From the IMG/VR virus record IMGVR_UViG_3300028591_000075, positions 1-64,000 of that record: a DNA stretch of 64,000 nt. The stretch is one strand, 5' to 3'. Position numbers and translations under genes: made by a program. This document shows positions 44,503-53,307 of this stretch, piece by piece. Each line of letters begins with the position of its first letter. The first letter of the stretch is position 1. This DNA is from a virus. Taxonomy: Duplodnaviria; Caudoviricetes. The notes below the pieces were generated by a model that saw nothing but the letters and a program-made list of their open reading frames with translations, searched no databases and was not told the DNA's origin.

Positions 44503-46526
44503 ATCTCTTTCCTGCGGTTAAACGCTATGGCCTGCTCGGTGGCCGACACATAGTTGATTATCCTGTCCTCGATTTCATGCCATTTCGGGCTATTGAACGG
44601 GATGACGTATCCGGCAGCACACGAGGAACTGACCGGTACCTGCATCATCCCGAGCCGATATCTCCGACAAATTGCGGAAACAATCGGACCCATAGCGCCT
44701 CGGCATTCACCCAGGACATTAAAATAGTGAATTTCTTTGAGTTTGTCAAGCATTTCGCCGCGAACGGCGACAAATGGACCATCAAGAACCTCGACTTGAT
44801 GGCATCCGTTCACCTCAGCGGACCCCAGTACCATCTGGTTGGATGCCGGAGACAGGTTGTATGTCTGGTAATACCCGTATGTACGGGTGCACTGTGACCA
44901 GGTGCCATCGAACTGGGTATATTCATACCCGAACGGAGCGACGGCCATGATTTCCTTCGGGACACTGCGTAAGGTTTCGTACAAGTTGATATCGTTGATT
45001 ATCGACGTACCCGGCACAATGATGATCCATTCAGGCAGCATCTTTACCTTCGGTACAATGGAATTCTCGATACCACGCAGCACCAGCCGGGTCGATGAAT
45101 TTGGTGTCACGCGCCGTCTCAGTCGCAAATCCTGGTCGCGCACGAACACTGCAAGGTCATATTTCGTCAGTGACCTGTCCTTGTAAATGTTGCACCCGGA
45201 ATGGGTATAAACCAGCGAAATAATCTCACGGTTCTCGGAATACTTCAATACATTGTCGCGACGAAGGAGCAATTCCCGCGTTGGTTCAAACCCAAGTTCG
45301 ATGCGCATGGCTTCGCGCTCACGCTTCTTGTCATTTTTCGACTTGATGATGTCGCGGGCATGCTGTTCCTTTGCAAATTCCCGTTCGGAATACGCATTGT
45401 CAAAGGCATTCTCTATGATGTCAACAACGCTGCGGGTAATGACGGTCTTCGGTTTCGGCGTGGTGAAGCGCTTCGGCTCAGGATTCTTGATGGTCTTGCC
45501 CATGCGGATTACCGGACAATACTCGACACCTGACGCGATGATTTCCTCGACCGCCTTCTTCTCCCATCCGCATATCTTGTTGAAGGCTTCCTTCTTTTCC
45601 ACGCGGTCGCCATACTTGTCCACCAGAGGGCACTTACCACGTATAAAAGTATCGATCCATGCCTGGCTCTTCCCAAATATGAACTCGATTTGTCTGGCAT
45701 TGTAGTAAGGCTGCTTTCCGCTTCCGTAGCAGCGACCGCGCCAGCACTTGCTAATCAGGGAATCCAGCTTTGCCTTGCTTATTCCCCACTTCACCTTCCC
45801 TTCCGGGGTTGTATACTGTTCGCACTTGACCAGTTTCCCACGGACGGCATTACGGGCCTCGGGAACTGCAGCACAGTAGATTTCGGCAATACTGCGCGGC
45901 ATGTATTCCGGGATTGGGTTACGTCTGAACTTGTGCCCATTCGCTACCCTTTCCTGTGCGAATTTCAGCAGGGTTTCATGACTAACCTTGCGCACCTCGT
46001 ACTTCTTACGCGGTTCGACTTCAATCCGCTTGGCCTTGATCATGAACTTCATGTTGCTAATCTTGAAGCCGAACAGGAGCGCAGCATCCGTAAAGAGCAA
46101 CGGTTCGCGCACGTATTTCAACAGATATAGACGGTCAAAGGTGCGGAGGAATTCGTCGGCATCCTCGCGATATACGCGCTTCTTCCCGTTGGCATTGAGG
46201 TGAACCTTTATATCCCCCGCCCGCACATGCTTCATGTACTTGGCGGGACTATGGATATTGAGGTAGACCATGGCCTCCTCCTGGGTCATCTCGAACAATG
46301 GATGATCATTGGAGGGAGGCATCAACCTGTACTTCATGACGCGGTGCTTGATTACCGATGTCTTGTAAATCTTGTGCCCCTTCTCATCAAGGCGGAACGG
46401 GACCATTTCGCATAGCTTGATTTTCCGGACGTACTCCACGTCCTTCTGGATGTAGTCGGCCACCCACTTCTCACTCACGAACTCCGGTTCGGGCTCGTTC
46501 ATTTTCTTGATCAGTCGGTCCAGCAT
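44490..46526 (-). CDS. Multi-HTH (excisionase/MerR-like repeats) protein fused to a GT2-like domain
   Basis: About five 60-aa wHTH-like repeats (e.g. MTQEEAMVYLNI...HVRAGDI...KKRVYREDADEF); C-terminal VEVLDGPFVAVRGE and ICRRYRLG resemble GT-A. Confidence 0.55.
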   Translation of the reverse strand: MLDRLIKKMNEPEPEFVSEKWVADYIQKDVEYVRKIKLCEMVPFRLDEKGHKIYKTSVIKHRVMKYRLMPPSNDHPLFEMTQEEAMVYLNIHSPAKYMKHVRAGDIKVHLNANGKKRVYREDADEFLRTFDRLYLLKYVREPLLFTDAALLFGFKISNMKFMIKAKRIEVEPRKKYEVRKVSHETLLKFAQERVANGHKFRRNPIPEYMPRSIAEIYCAAVPEARNAVRGKLVKCEQYTTPEGKVKWGISKAKLDSLISKCWRGRCYGSGKQPYYNARQIEFIFGKSQAWIDTFIRGKCPLVDKYGDRVEKKEAFNKICGWEKKAVEEIIASGVEYCPVIRMGKTIKNPEPKRFTTPKPKTVITRSVVDIIENAFDNAYSEREFAKEQHARDIIKSKNDKKREREAMRIELGFEPTRELLLRRDNVLKYSENREIISLVYTHSGCNIYKDRSLTKYDLAVFVRDQDLRLRRRVTPNSSTRLVLRGIENSIVPKVKMLPEWIIIVPGTSIINDINLYETLRSVPKEIMAVAPFGYEYTQFDGTWSQCTRTYGYYQTYNLSPASNQMVLGSAEVNGCHQVEVLDGPFVAVRGEMLDKLKEIHYFNVLGECRGAMGPIVSAICRRYRLGMMQVPVSSSCAAGYVIPFNSPKWHEIEDRIINYVSATEQAIAFNRRKEICKK

Positions 46527-46531
46527 TTCTT

Positions 46532-46699
46532 CTACATGTTCCTATAGTCGATCGAAATGGTGCCATACTTGAATTTGATGGCAATGAAAAATAAAAGCAT
46601 CACGATCATGGAGTCGGTTTCGAAATGCTCGTGCCAGCAGAAACGGCCATCTCGGCCAGCCGCCCACTTGTAGCTAATCAGGTATTTCTTGGGATTCAT
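46532..46699 (-). CDS. Small hypothetical protein (55 aa) with a hydrophobic stretch
   Basis: Translated by hand: MNPKKYLISYKW...MIVMLLFFIAIKF...; fills the gap exactly, AGGGG RBS. Confidence 0.55.
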   Translation of the reverse strand: MNPKKYLISYKWAAGRDGRFCWHEHFETDSMIVMLLFFIAIKFKYGTISIDYRNM

Positions 46700-46707
46700 A
46701 GTTTCCC

Positions 46708-47868
46708 CTAAAAGTAAGTTTCCGGTGTCATCGCGGCCTCACGTCTTGCGTTGGCCTCGCGACGGGTCTTCATCGTGGCCTTGAATTTCTCCTTGGCCAC
46801 ATTTCCATATTTCAGCATGAACAGAATATCGGAACCACCGGGTTGACGGATACGCGCATCTATGTACTCCTGTCGCACATACCCGTCTTCCCCGAGGGGC
46901 AGGTTGCATCCATTGAGGACTTCGCCGTTGATGTCCTTCTCCGTGATGCCTTCCCAATCAAACCACTTGTACCCATCGTGACAGGTAGCCGTGCGACCGT
47001 CCCTACCAGCTTCGTCATTATCCCAGATGAACACGCAGTTTTCCTTGTGCTGGGCAATCTTGGGGTTATCCATCAGAATCTCGTGGAGATGCTGAACACC
47101 ACCGATGCCTATCGCATTGGGGATAAACGTAGAGTCGATGGTGCCTTCCAGAACATAGAAGGGCTGGTCAAATCGGATAAAGTCGATGTTGTACGCTTCC
47201 CTGCGAACGTTTTTGAGGTTCAGGTAGCGCATCGGGTTGTTTCGGTCGATTGCACGGGCATCGAACTGTGTCCACTTGCCACCGAAATGATAGAACGGCA
47301 TGATGATACGGTTCTTGTACTCATTGCCAACCGGCCTTCCGGTTTCCGGGTTGATTATCAGGTTTCCGTTGGCATACCTGTGCAGGAACTGATTTCCTTC
47401 AAGACACACGAACCACTTCTCGAAAACCTCCGGACGGATCTTTCTCCTCTTGCACTCAGCCAGACCAGCTCGGGCCAATGGATGGTTTGATGTAATTGGT
47501 ATCAATTCACCATCAACGAAAGGAGAATCCGGCGGAAGCGCTGGACGGTCATCCTTGACTTCCTCCTTGCGCTTCCTCTGGCCCGGCATCGCACCAAACG
47601 CGGAATAGATGAGCTTGGAGTAAGTCTCCGGTTCGGTCTGTTTCAAATACGACGCAAACGGCATGGAACAAGGGCACCTGAAGCAGATGTACTTCCAGGT
47701 ATCCTTGTAAATCCACGCCTTCCTCTTATTCGGAAAGCGCATATCGCCGCAGACCGGACACACAAACTCATAATGGTCAGAACGATCTTTCAGGTTCTGG
47801 GTACCATACAGTTCATGAATGACCTGGTCATAGACACTTGCGGGTATTTCGGAATAATCGATAGCCAT
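46708..47868 (-). CDS. DNA primase (T4 gp61-like)
   Basis: Zn ribbon CPVCGD...CFRC; RIIMPF, FDARAI; TOPRIM VLEGTIDSTFI and FIWDND; KDIN. Confidence 0.92.
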   Translation of the reverse strand: MAIDYSEIPASVYDQVIHELYGTQNLKDRSDHYEFVCPVCGDMRFPNKRKAWIYKDTWKYICFRCPCSMPFASYLKQTEPETYSKLIYSAFGAMPGQRKRKEEVKDDRPALPPDSPFVDGELIPITSNHPLARAGLAECKRRKIRPEVFEKWFVCLEGNQFLHRYANGNLIINPETGRPVGNEYKNRIIMPFYHFGGKWTQFDARAIDRNNPMRYLNLKNVRREAYNIDFIRFDQPFYVLEGTIDSTFIPNAIGIGGVQHLHEILMDNPKIAQHKENCVFIWDNDEAGRDGRTATCHDGYKWFDWEGITEKDINGEVLNGCNLPLGEDGYVRQEYIDARIRQPGGSDILFMLKYGNVAKEKFKATMKTRREANARREAAMTPETYF

Positions 47869-47883
47869 GAAACAAACTCAATG

Positions 47884-47915
47884 AAAAACGGCACCGTCTT
47901 GGGACGATGCCGTTT
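47884..47915 (-). terminator. Terminator after the SSB gene
   Basis: AAAAACGGCACCGTC...GACGATGCCGTTT. Confidence 0.65.
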
Positions 47916-47930
47916 CGAACTAGACAAATA

Positions 47931-49454
47931 CTAGAACGGGAGGTCGCCGTCGTCATCCACCTGGATTGAGGTTCCAGCCGGAGTTCCTCCTACCCCCGGT
48001 GCACCAGCGAACTGGTTAGGCTGCGGGGTCGGTGCTGCAGGAGGTACATACTGCTGAGTCGGCTGTGCAGCAGGTGCCGCAAACTGCGGAGCGGCCTGTT
48101 GCGGTGCCGGGGTACCGAAGTTGGGCTGAGGCGCTGCCGGGGTAGCAAATGCGCTCTGCTGAACCGGAGCCGCGCCAGGGACGGCACCCGGAGTAGCAAA
48201 TGCACTCTGCGGAGCCGGGGCTGCACCAGGGACGGCACCTGGAGTGGCGAATGCGCTCTGCTGGGCAGGAGCTGCGCCCGGCGTTACATAAGCGCTCTGC
48301 TGCGGCTGAGGCTGGGCATAGTTAGGTGCTGCCGGGTTGTTGAAGAATGCACCGGCGTTACCGACGGTGGTCTTCGGCTGAGGAGGAACGTAGGCGCTCG
48401 GAGTAGAGGCCGGCATCGCGCCACCCTGGCCAGGTTGGGCATACTGCTGCTGACCGTACTGGGCCGGCTGTTGATAGGACGGATAGCCGTTTGCCGCGAT
48501 GTTGTTATTGTTATCAGCGGCCATGGCGGGAGCGCCATCGTAGGCAGCATAGAAGCTACGGGTGATACCTTCCAATTCATCGACGCTCTTCGGCTGAAGT
48601 TCGTACTTGGAGAGGTCATGGCACTGGTTAAGAATCTGCATGATGCCTTCGTCATTCTGGGCAAGCGGAGTTGCCATCGGTTCGAATTCGGAAGCATCCC
48701 ACACGGCTGCACCCTTATGGGTACCCCATGCCTTGGTGGTGTCCCAGGTGCCCTTCAAGTGGAAGATTGCGCCGGAAAGAACATGCCAAGGAATGCCGAC
48801 ATACTTGGCTGTACTGGTGTACTGCTGCTTGGCCTGGCCATTCTTGTTGACGTTGCGTTCAGGCAACGCGGCCATGACCTTGTCCCACTGCTTGGTCTTG
48901 GCGTGCCAAATCTTAATCTGGCCGTTGTTTTCCGGGTGAACGAAGTCATTGAGGATGAGGACGTTCACGAAGATATCGTCAACGGACAGGTTTCCGGAAA
49001 TACCGGAATCCTTAGCCTGCTGCTCTCCGTAAGTGTTCTTGATTTTGTAGTAACGGTCCCATGTTTCCTTGCAGAGCGGGCAATAGGACTTGCCGTACTT
49101 TGCGTTCGGATCGGGAATGTTTCCGCGACAGATGACCGGGCCTTCGCCCCAACGCTGGCCATCGCGCTTTTTGAGATAATGCTTTCTGCAATTTACGTGG
49201 GGCCAGAGGTTGCCCTGCACGCCCGCGAGTCCTCTCGGGAGGATGCGGATGATGGCTTCGACGCTTTCGTGCTGTGCATCGCACTGGAGCTGCCATTCGT
49301 TCGGGTCTGCCGGGGCGGCTTGTCCACCTGCCGGGGTTTCCGGGACGCCCATGTTTGCGAACATGGAGTTAAACTGTGTAGCGGCACCTGGTTGGGCGAA
49401 CTGAGGCTGTCCACCAATGCCAAACTGATTCTGCTGAGGGATATTCTGATCCAT
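47931..49454 (-). CDS. Single-stranded DNA-binding protein (T4 gp32-like) with long Q/P/A-rich tail ending DDDGDLPF
   Basis: AIIRILP, H...C...CPLC Zn ligands, NVLILNDFVHPENNGQIKIW, GAIFHLK, WDASEF. Confidence 0.85.
   Translation of the reverse strand: MDQNIPQQNQFGIGGQPQFAQPGAATQFNSMFANMGVPETPAGGQAAPADPNEWQLQCDAQHESVEAIIRILPRGLAGVQGNLWPHVNCRKHYLKKRDGQRWGEGPVICRGNIPDPNAKYGKSYCPLCKETWDRYYKIKNTYGEQQAKDSGISGNLSVDDIFVNVLILNDFVHPENNGQIKIWHAKTKQWDKVMAALPERNVNKNGQAKQQYTSTAKYVGIPWHVLSGAIFHLKGTWDTTKAWGTHKGAAVWDASEFEPMATPLAQNDEGIMQILNQCHDLSKYELQPKSVDELEGITRSFYAAYDGAPAMAADNNNNIAANGYPSYQQPAQYGQQQYAQPGQGGAMPASTPSAYVPPQPKTTVGNAGAFFNNPAAPNYAQPQPQQSAYVTPGAAPAQQSAFATPGAVPGAAPAPQSAFATPGAVPGAAPVQQSAFATPAAPQPNFGTPAPQQAAPQFAAPAAQPTQQYVPPAAPTPQPNQFAGAPGVGGTPAGTSIQVDDDGDLPF
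48138..48305 (-). repeat. Imperfect coding repeats (QSAFATPGAVPGAAP), period up to 51 bp
   Basis: Four QSA(Y/F)xTP units in the SSB tail. Confidence 0.75.
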
Positions 49455-49480
49455 TTTACTATCCTTTTGTTTCTAGTTCT

Positions 49481-49520
49481 TGATGCTAAGTAGCTGCTAG
49501 TATCTGCTAATATCTGCTAT
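49481..49520 (-). repeat. 10-bp tandem repeats in the SSB 5-prime leader
   Basis: tgatgctaag tagctgctag tatctgctaa tatctgctat. Confidence 0.7.
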
Positions 49521-49524
49521 CCAC

Positions 49525-49532
49525 AGTTTATA
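49525..49532 (-). promoter_or_regulatory. TATAAACT late box upstream of SSB
   Basis: Exact motif; a TTTTGCTACATTT variant lies further upstream at 49562-49574. Confidence 0.65.
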
Positions 49533-49628
49533 AGTAGGAGCACTTCTTCGCACCCGTTATAAAATGTAGCAAAAGAAAAGGCGGTTTGGAGGCCGCCTTT
49601 CAAAAAATTTTTGATTGTAAAGATTATT

Positions 49629-50261
49629 TTACGTTTCTTCGGGCTTCTTGTAGGTAATCCTGGCCTTCATCTCGGCATCGTTTACCGCCGCGGTCACGAT
49701 TTCGTCCATGTTGTCCGGGAGCACGAAGTCCTCGCCATATTCTTCCTCGAAGGCCATGGCGCATTCCTTCATGACATCCTCGAAATCCCAACCGATGCAC
49801 TTGGCAGCGACATTCTGGATAATGGCCAGGTCGATGACCTTCTTGGCCTCATCATCCAGGTCGGATGTCTGGGAATCGTCCACATTGGGGTTGTAGGTTT
49901 CCGGGATATACTTGTTACCGTTCTCGTCCGTGACAAACATGTCCTTCGTTTCCTGGTCGGTAAGTTCGTGGGCCTCGGTGACGACATCGGCATCGGTCTC
50001 GTACTCGGGTGCACGAGAAATGTAGCTCTTACCGAGCATCGGGTTGTCACGTTCCTCGCGCAACTTCGCGAGCCACTTCTCCCTATATACTGTCGGGAGG
50101 TTCTGGTGGCTACCGTAGACACCGTCCTGCGCATTGAGGAGCATCAGGCTAGTGCTCTTGATTTCCTCGTTACGCTCTTCGGCCTCTCGTTCCAGGGTCT
50201 CCTGGATTTCCTTGACCACGGCGCCGTGTCCAGGGAAATGAAACTTACTCATCGTCGTCAT
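49629..50261 (-). CDS. Hypothetical protein
   Basis: About 207-aa acidic ORF in the replication operon. Confidence 0.7.
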   Translation of the reverse strand: MTTMSKFHFPGHGAVVKEIQETLEREAEERNEEIKSTSLMLLNAQDGVYGSHQNLPTVYREKWLAKLREERDNPMLGKSYISRAPEYETDADVVTEAHELTDQETKDMFVTDENGNKYIPETYNPNVDDSQTSDLDDEAKKVIDLAIIQNVAAKCIGWDFEDVMKECAMAFEEEYGEDFVLPDNMDEIVTAAVNDAEMKARITYKKPEET

Positions 50262-50817
50262 CCTCCGCTACCATGTCCATCATGGCGGTGAATTCAGCAT
50301 CTTCATCTTCTTCCGGTTCCGTCTGGGGCTGCGGCCTGGGAACGTCGAAATTCAGTTCGCCGTGCCTTACCTGCTCGTTCACCCGTTCAAGTTCCTCGAC
50401 GGAAATCTCGATACCCTTGTCCGCGGCAATCATCAGCTTGATGTCATTGTCAATAAGGGGCCCAAGCTTTGCAGATTCCACTACGCTTTCAATCGCGCAA
50501 AGAATGGTCAGCATGGTCACCCCATAGTCCTTGTACCGGTCGTACACGACATGGATTGCCTCGTTCAACTTTGCGCGGGCCTTTTTGAGGTAGGATTCCG
50601 GCATGGTGAGCACGACTGCCATGTCGCCCTCGTATCTGGGAGGAGCACTAAGGAACTTGTTGATTTCGCTGACAAGGAGTTCAGTCTCGGCTTCCTTGCT
50701 CAGGTTGACTGCACTGGATGGATCGTTAGAATCTGTGTTCAGATGAAGCATAATTGTTTTCCTGGTTGTTACCTTCGAAAAACTACTCCATTTGAGCACT
50801 ATCTTTCTTCCGGACAC
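50245..50817 (-). CDS. Hypothetical protein
   Basis: ORF between ruvC-like and the upstream-of-SSB gene; true start may be ATG 50751. Confidence 0.65.
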   Translation of the reverse strand: MSGRKIVLKWSSFSKVTTRKTIMLHLNTDSNDPSSAVNLSKEAETELLVSEINKFLSAPPRYEGDMAVVLTMPESYLKKARAKLNEAIHVVYDRYKDYGVTMLTILCAIESVVESAKLGPLIDNDIKLMIAADKGIEISVEELERVNEQVRHGELNFDVPRPQPQTEPEEDEDAEFTAMMDMVAEDDDDE

Positions 50818-51553
50818 TCTTCCTGCGCTTTGCCGCGGCCTCCTGGTCGAACATCATGTCCGAACGGAGGGCAAGGTCGTAATCCAGGAGGCACCTGGAC
50901 TTCCTTTTCTTTCCCGATGGCTTGGACGTATAACGCATGAGGGCGAGAGTGTCCGGCGGGAGGGAATCCGGGCCGAGAACATCGAACTTGATATGGTTGC
51001 GCAATATCTCGCACATCCAGAACGCATCACAAAAGTCGGAATGCGGACTCTCGTACTGTTTCAGCGTTTCAAAGTACGGGTAGTAAAACTGTGGATAAAA
51101 TTCTTTAACCGCCTGGCACATGGCCGGTTTCTTTGCACCGCCGCTACCGGTGGCAAAATGCTTGATTTGGGGAATGCCGTAGGTGATGATACCCTTGCCC
51201 TGCATGAAGAAATGATAGCGCACCCCGCCGCAGAACTCACCAATCTGGAAAATCGCGTTACTTCCCTTCTCATTGGCCTCTTCATACGCATAGTCTTCAA
51301 AGGAGATATACTTCACATCCTCCATGTCCTTGTTCAGCAGGGTATATGCGCGTTCCATCCTGGCCATCATCGGCAGCTTGGTATAGTCCGTCCCGAGGGC
51401 ATAGATGTGAACATGCTCCTCGTCGTGCAGGTAGCACAACTTGGAGCTATATCCGTAGTAGTCCACGGACTTGATGTCAAGCGTAACATCGTCAAGGTCC
51501 ATAATGACCTTGCCCGACGAATTCATGGATGGGTCTATTCCGGCAATCTTCAT
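50783..51553 (-). CDS. RuvC-like Holliday junction resolvase
   Basis: IAGIDPSMNSSG, ISFEDY, IGEFCG, IKHFATGSGGAKK, DFCDAF. Confidence 0.85.
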   Translation of the reverse strand: MKIAGIDPSMNSSGKVIMDLDDVTLDIKSVDYYGYSSKLCYLHDEEHVHIYALGTDYTKLPMMARMERAYTLLNKDMEDVKYISFEDYAYEEANEKGSNAIFQIGEFCGGVRYHFFMQGKGIITYGIPQIKHFATGSGGAKKPAMCQAVKEFYPQFYYPYFETLKQYESPHSDFCDAFWMCEILRNHIKFDVLGPDSLPPDTLALMRYTSKPSGKKRKSRCLLDYDLALRSDMMFDQEAAAKRRKSVRKKDSAQME

Positions 51554-51562
51554 GCCGAAAAA

Positions 51563-53191
51563 TTATATCATGCTGGCAACTCGTTCACCGGGTCTCGACG
51601 GCAACTGTTCCTGAGGAGGCGCCTTTGGTGGCTGGGTGTTGTCCTTCTTGGGAGCACGCGGGCCACGGGTGGGTGCCTGGTTCGCCATGTAGGCTTCCTG
51701 TTCAGTGCGGAGTTCCTGGTAATGGGTCAGTTCTTCCTGGGTGGCATCGAACCACTTCATCTTCATGAAGTCGCACCTTGTCTGGAAGGTATCGGAGTTA
51801 CGTCCGAAACGGTTCTTCAAGAAAGTATGGTAGAACATGCCGCATTCGCGCAGAACGGAGTCGGATGTAATGGAAATCATCACGTCGGAGGTTTCTGAGT
51901 AACCGGAAGAACCCTGCACCGCCTCGATACCCGCATCGAGAGAATTGTAACCCATACGGTTGAACTGCACTGCGGAAAGGCCGGCGATATTGCGTTCAAT
52001 CAGGAAGTCACGGATCTGCTCGGCCTTGGCCACACCATCAAGATACATGCTGCGCTGCTCGGCAGCGGAGAGGCCCGGCTTCATGATGCCGATGTAGTCG
52101 ATGACCAGGAGGTCGAGCTTACCGAAAGTGGCCTCGAACTGGTCAACATACATTTCAATGTCAGCCGGAGTGGTGGTGGTCTTCAAGCGCTTAATCTGGA
52201 AGTTGCCATGGACACCATCGCCCTGGTTTGCACGGAGCGTTGCGTCAATCTTTGCGCGGCATTCTTCCTCGGTCATCTGCAGGATGTCGGGCATTGCCAC
52301 ATCACACAGGTTGGCTGCCAAACGCTGCCACAGGTAGTCTTCGGCAAGTTCGAGGGAGATGTAAAGGACATTGTACCCGTAGGAGTACGCGAACACGGCC
52401 TCGTTACCGAGGATAAGGCTCTTGCCGACGTTCGGCTGGCCGACATAGAGGGTAAGGGTCTTGCGGTAATATCCGCCACCCCTGATGGAACCATCCTTCT
52501 CGACAGTACCTGTCTTGGCGCGAATTTCGTTGATGGACGACGGGATGCATTCCTTGCGTTCCTTCAACAATGCAAGCGCGGTGCCAATGTCGTTGTAGAC
52601 ATTTAGACCGAGGTTCGTATGTAAAGAGAAATTTACCGCTTCTTTGAGTTTCGGTATCAGGTTGTTAATCCCGTCGACATGCCGGTCATGAACATTCTCC
52701 GCGGCACTGATGAGGATATTCTCGGTCATCCTTTCACGGAAATGACCTTCAATCAAATCTATGAGGTATTCCTGGCGAACGCCTACCATCGGCGTATTGC
52801 AGATATACCCGAGTTTCTGGACAAGCTGTTCTGAGAAACCGGTGGAACCCATGCCGAGGATAAGTTCCTGTGCAGTAGGGCTACGGCTGTATTTCTTCTC
52901 GAACTTCCCGATGACCTTGGTGAGCGCCTGGTTTACAGGGTCCACGAACATCTTCGGGTTCATGTACGCTCTCAGTTTCGGACCAATGATGTTATCATTG
53001 AAATATGTCCTAAGAACAAGGTCTTCCTTGCTAAGTTGTATGACCGGCACCGGTCGCGATGTTGGGTCCCAGGCTGGAGGTAGGGATGCCGCCAAGGCAT
53101 CCTGAGCCGCCCCCTGCTGTGCTGGAATCTGTACCGGCGCTGCCGGTTGGAAAGGGGGTGGTACTGTGTTTTCGATTACTGTATCTGACAT
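51563..53191 (-). CDS. Replicative DnaB-family helicase (T4 gp41-like)
   Basis: GQPNVGKS, LYISLEL, LVIDYIG, AVQFNR, LKNRFG. Confidence 0.92.
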   Translation of the reverse strand: MSDTVIENTVPPPFQPAAPVQIPAQQGAAQDALAASLPPAWDPTSRPVPVIQLSKEDLVLRTYFNDNIIGPKLRAYMNPKMFVDPVNQALTKVIGKFEKKYSRSPTAQELILGMGSTGFSEQLVQKLGYICNTPMVGVRQEYLIDLIEGHFRERMTENILISAAENVHDRHVDGINNLIPKLKEAVNFSLHTNLGLNVYNDIGTALALLKERKECIPSSINEIRAKTGTVEKDGSIRGGGYYRKTLTLYVGQPNVGKSLILGNEAVFAYSYGYNVLYISLELAEDYLWQRLAANLCDVAMPDILQMTEEECRAKIDATLRANQGDGVHGNFQIKRLKTTTTPADIEMYVDQFEATFGKLDLLVIDYIGIMKPGLSAAEQRSMYLDGVAKAEQIRDFLIERNIAGLSAVQFNRMGYNSLDAGIEAVQGSSGYSETSDVMISITSDSVLRECGMFYHTFLKNRFGRNSDTFQTRCDFMKMKWFDATQEELTHYQELRTEQEAYMANQAPTRGPRAPKKDNTQPPKAPPQEQLPSRPGERVASMI

Positions 53192-53223
53192 AATGATTGG
53201 GAACTAAAAATTCTGTATGCTGA

Positions 53224-53237
53224 AAATATAGCAAAAA
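53224..53237 (-). promoter_or_regulatory. TTTTTGCTATATTT promoter element for the helicase operon
   Basis: Exact motif 33 nt upstream of ATG 53191. Confidence 0.6.
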
Positions 53238-53264
53238 TATCTTGCGCTGAAAGAAAAATAAAAG

Positions 53265-53292
53265 AAAAAGTCGGGAAAGTCCCGACTCTTTT
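53265..53292 (-). terminator. Terminator after uvsX
   Basis: AAAAAGTCGGGA-aag-TCCCGACT. Confidence 0.7.
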
Positions 53293-53307
53293 CGACTTAC
53301 GAGATTT

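Noticed and set aside
50245-50817. Possible T4 gp33-like late co-activator (ESAKLGPLIDNDIKLMIAAD)
   Set aside because: The resemblance is too short and weak to call without a profile search.
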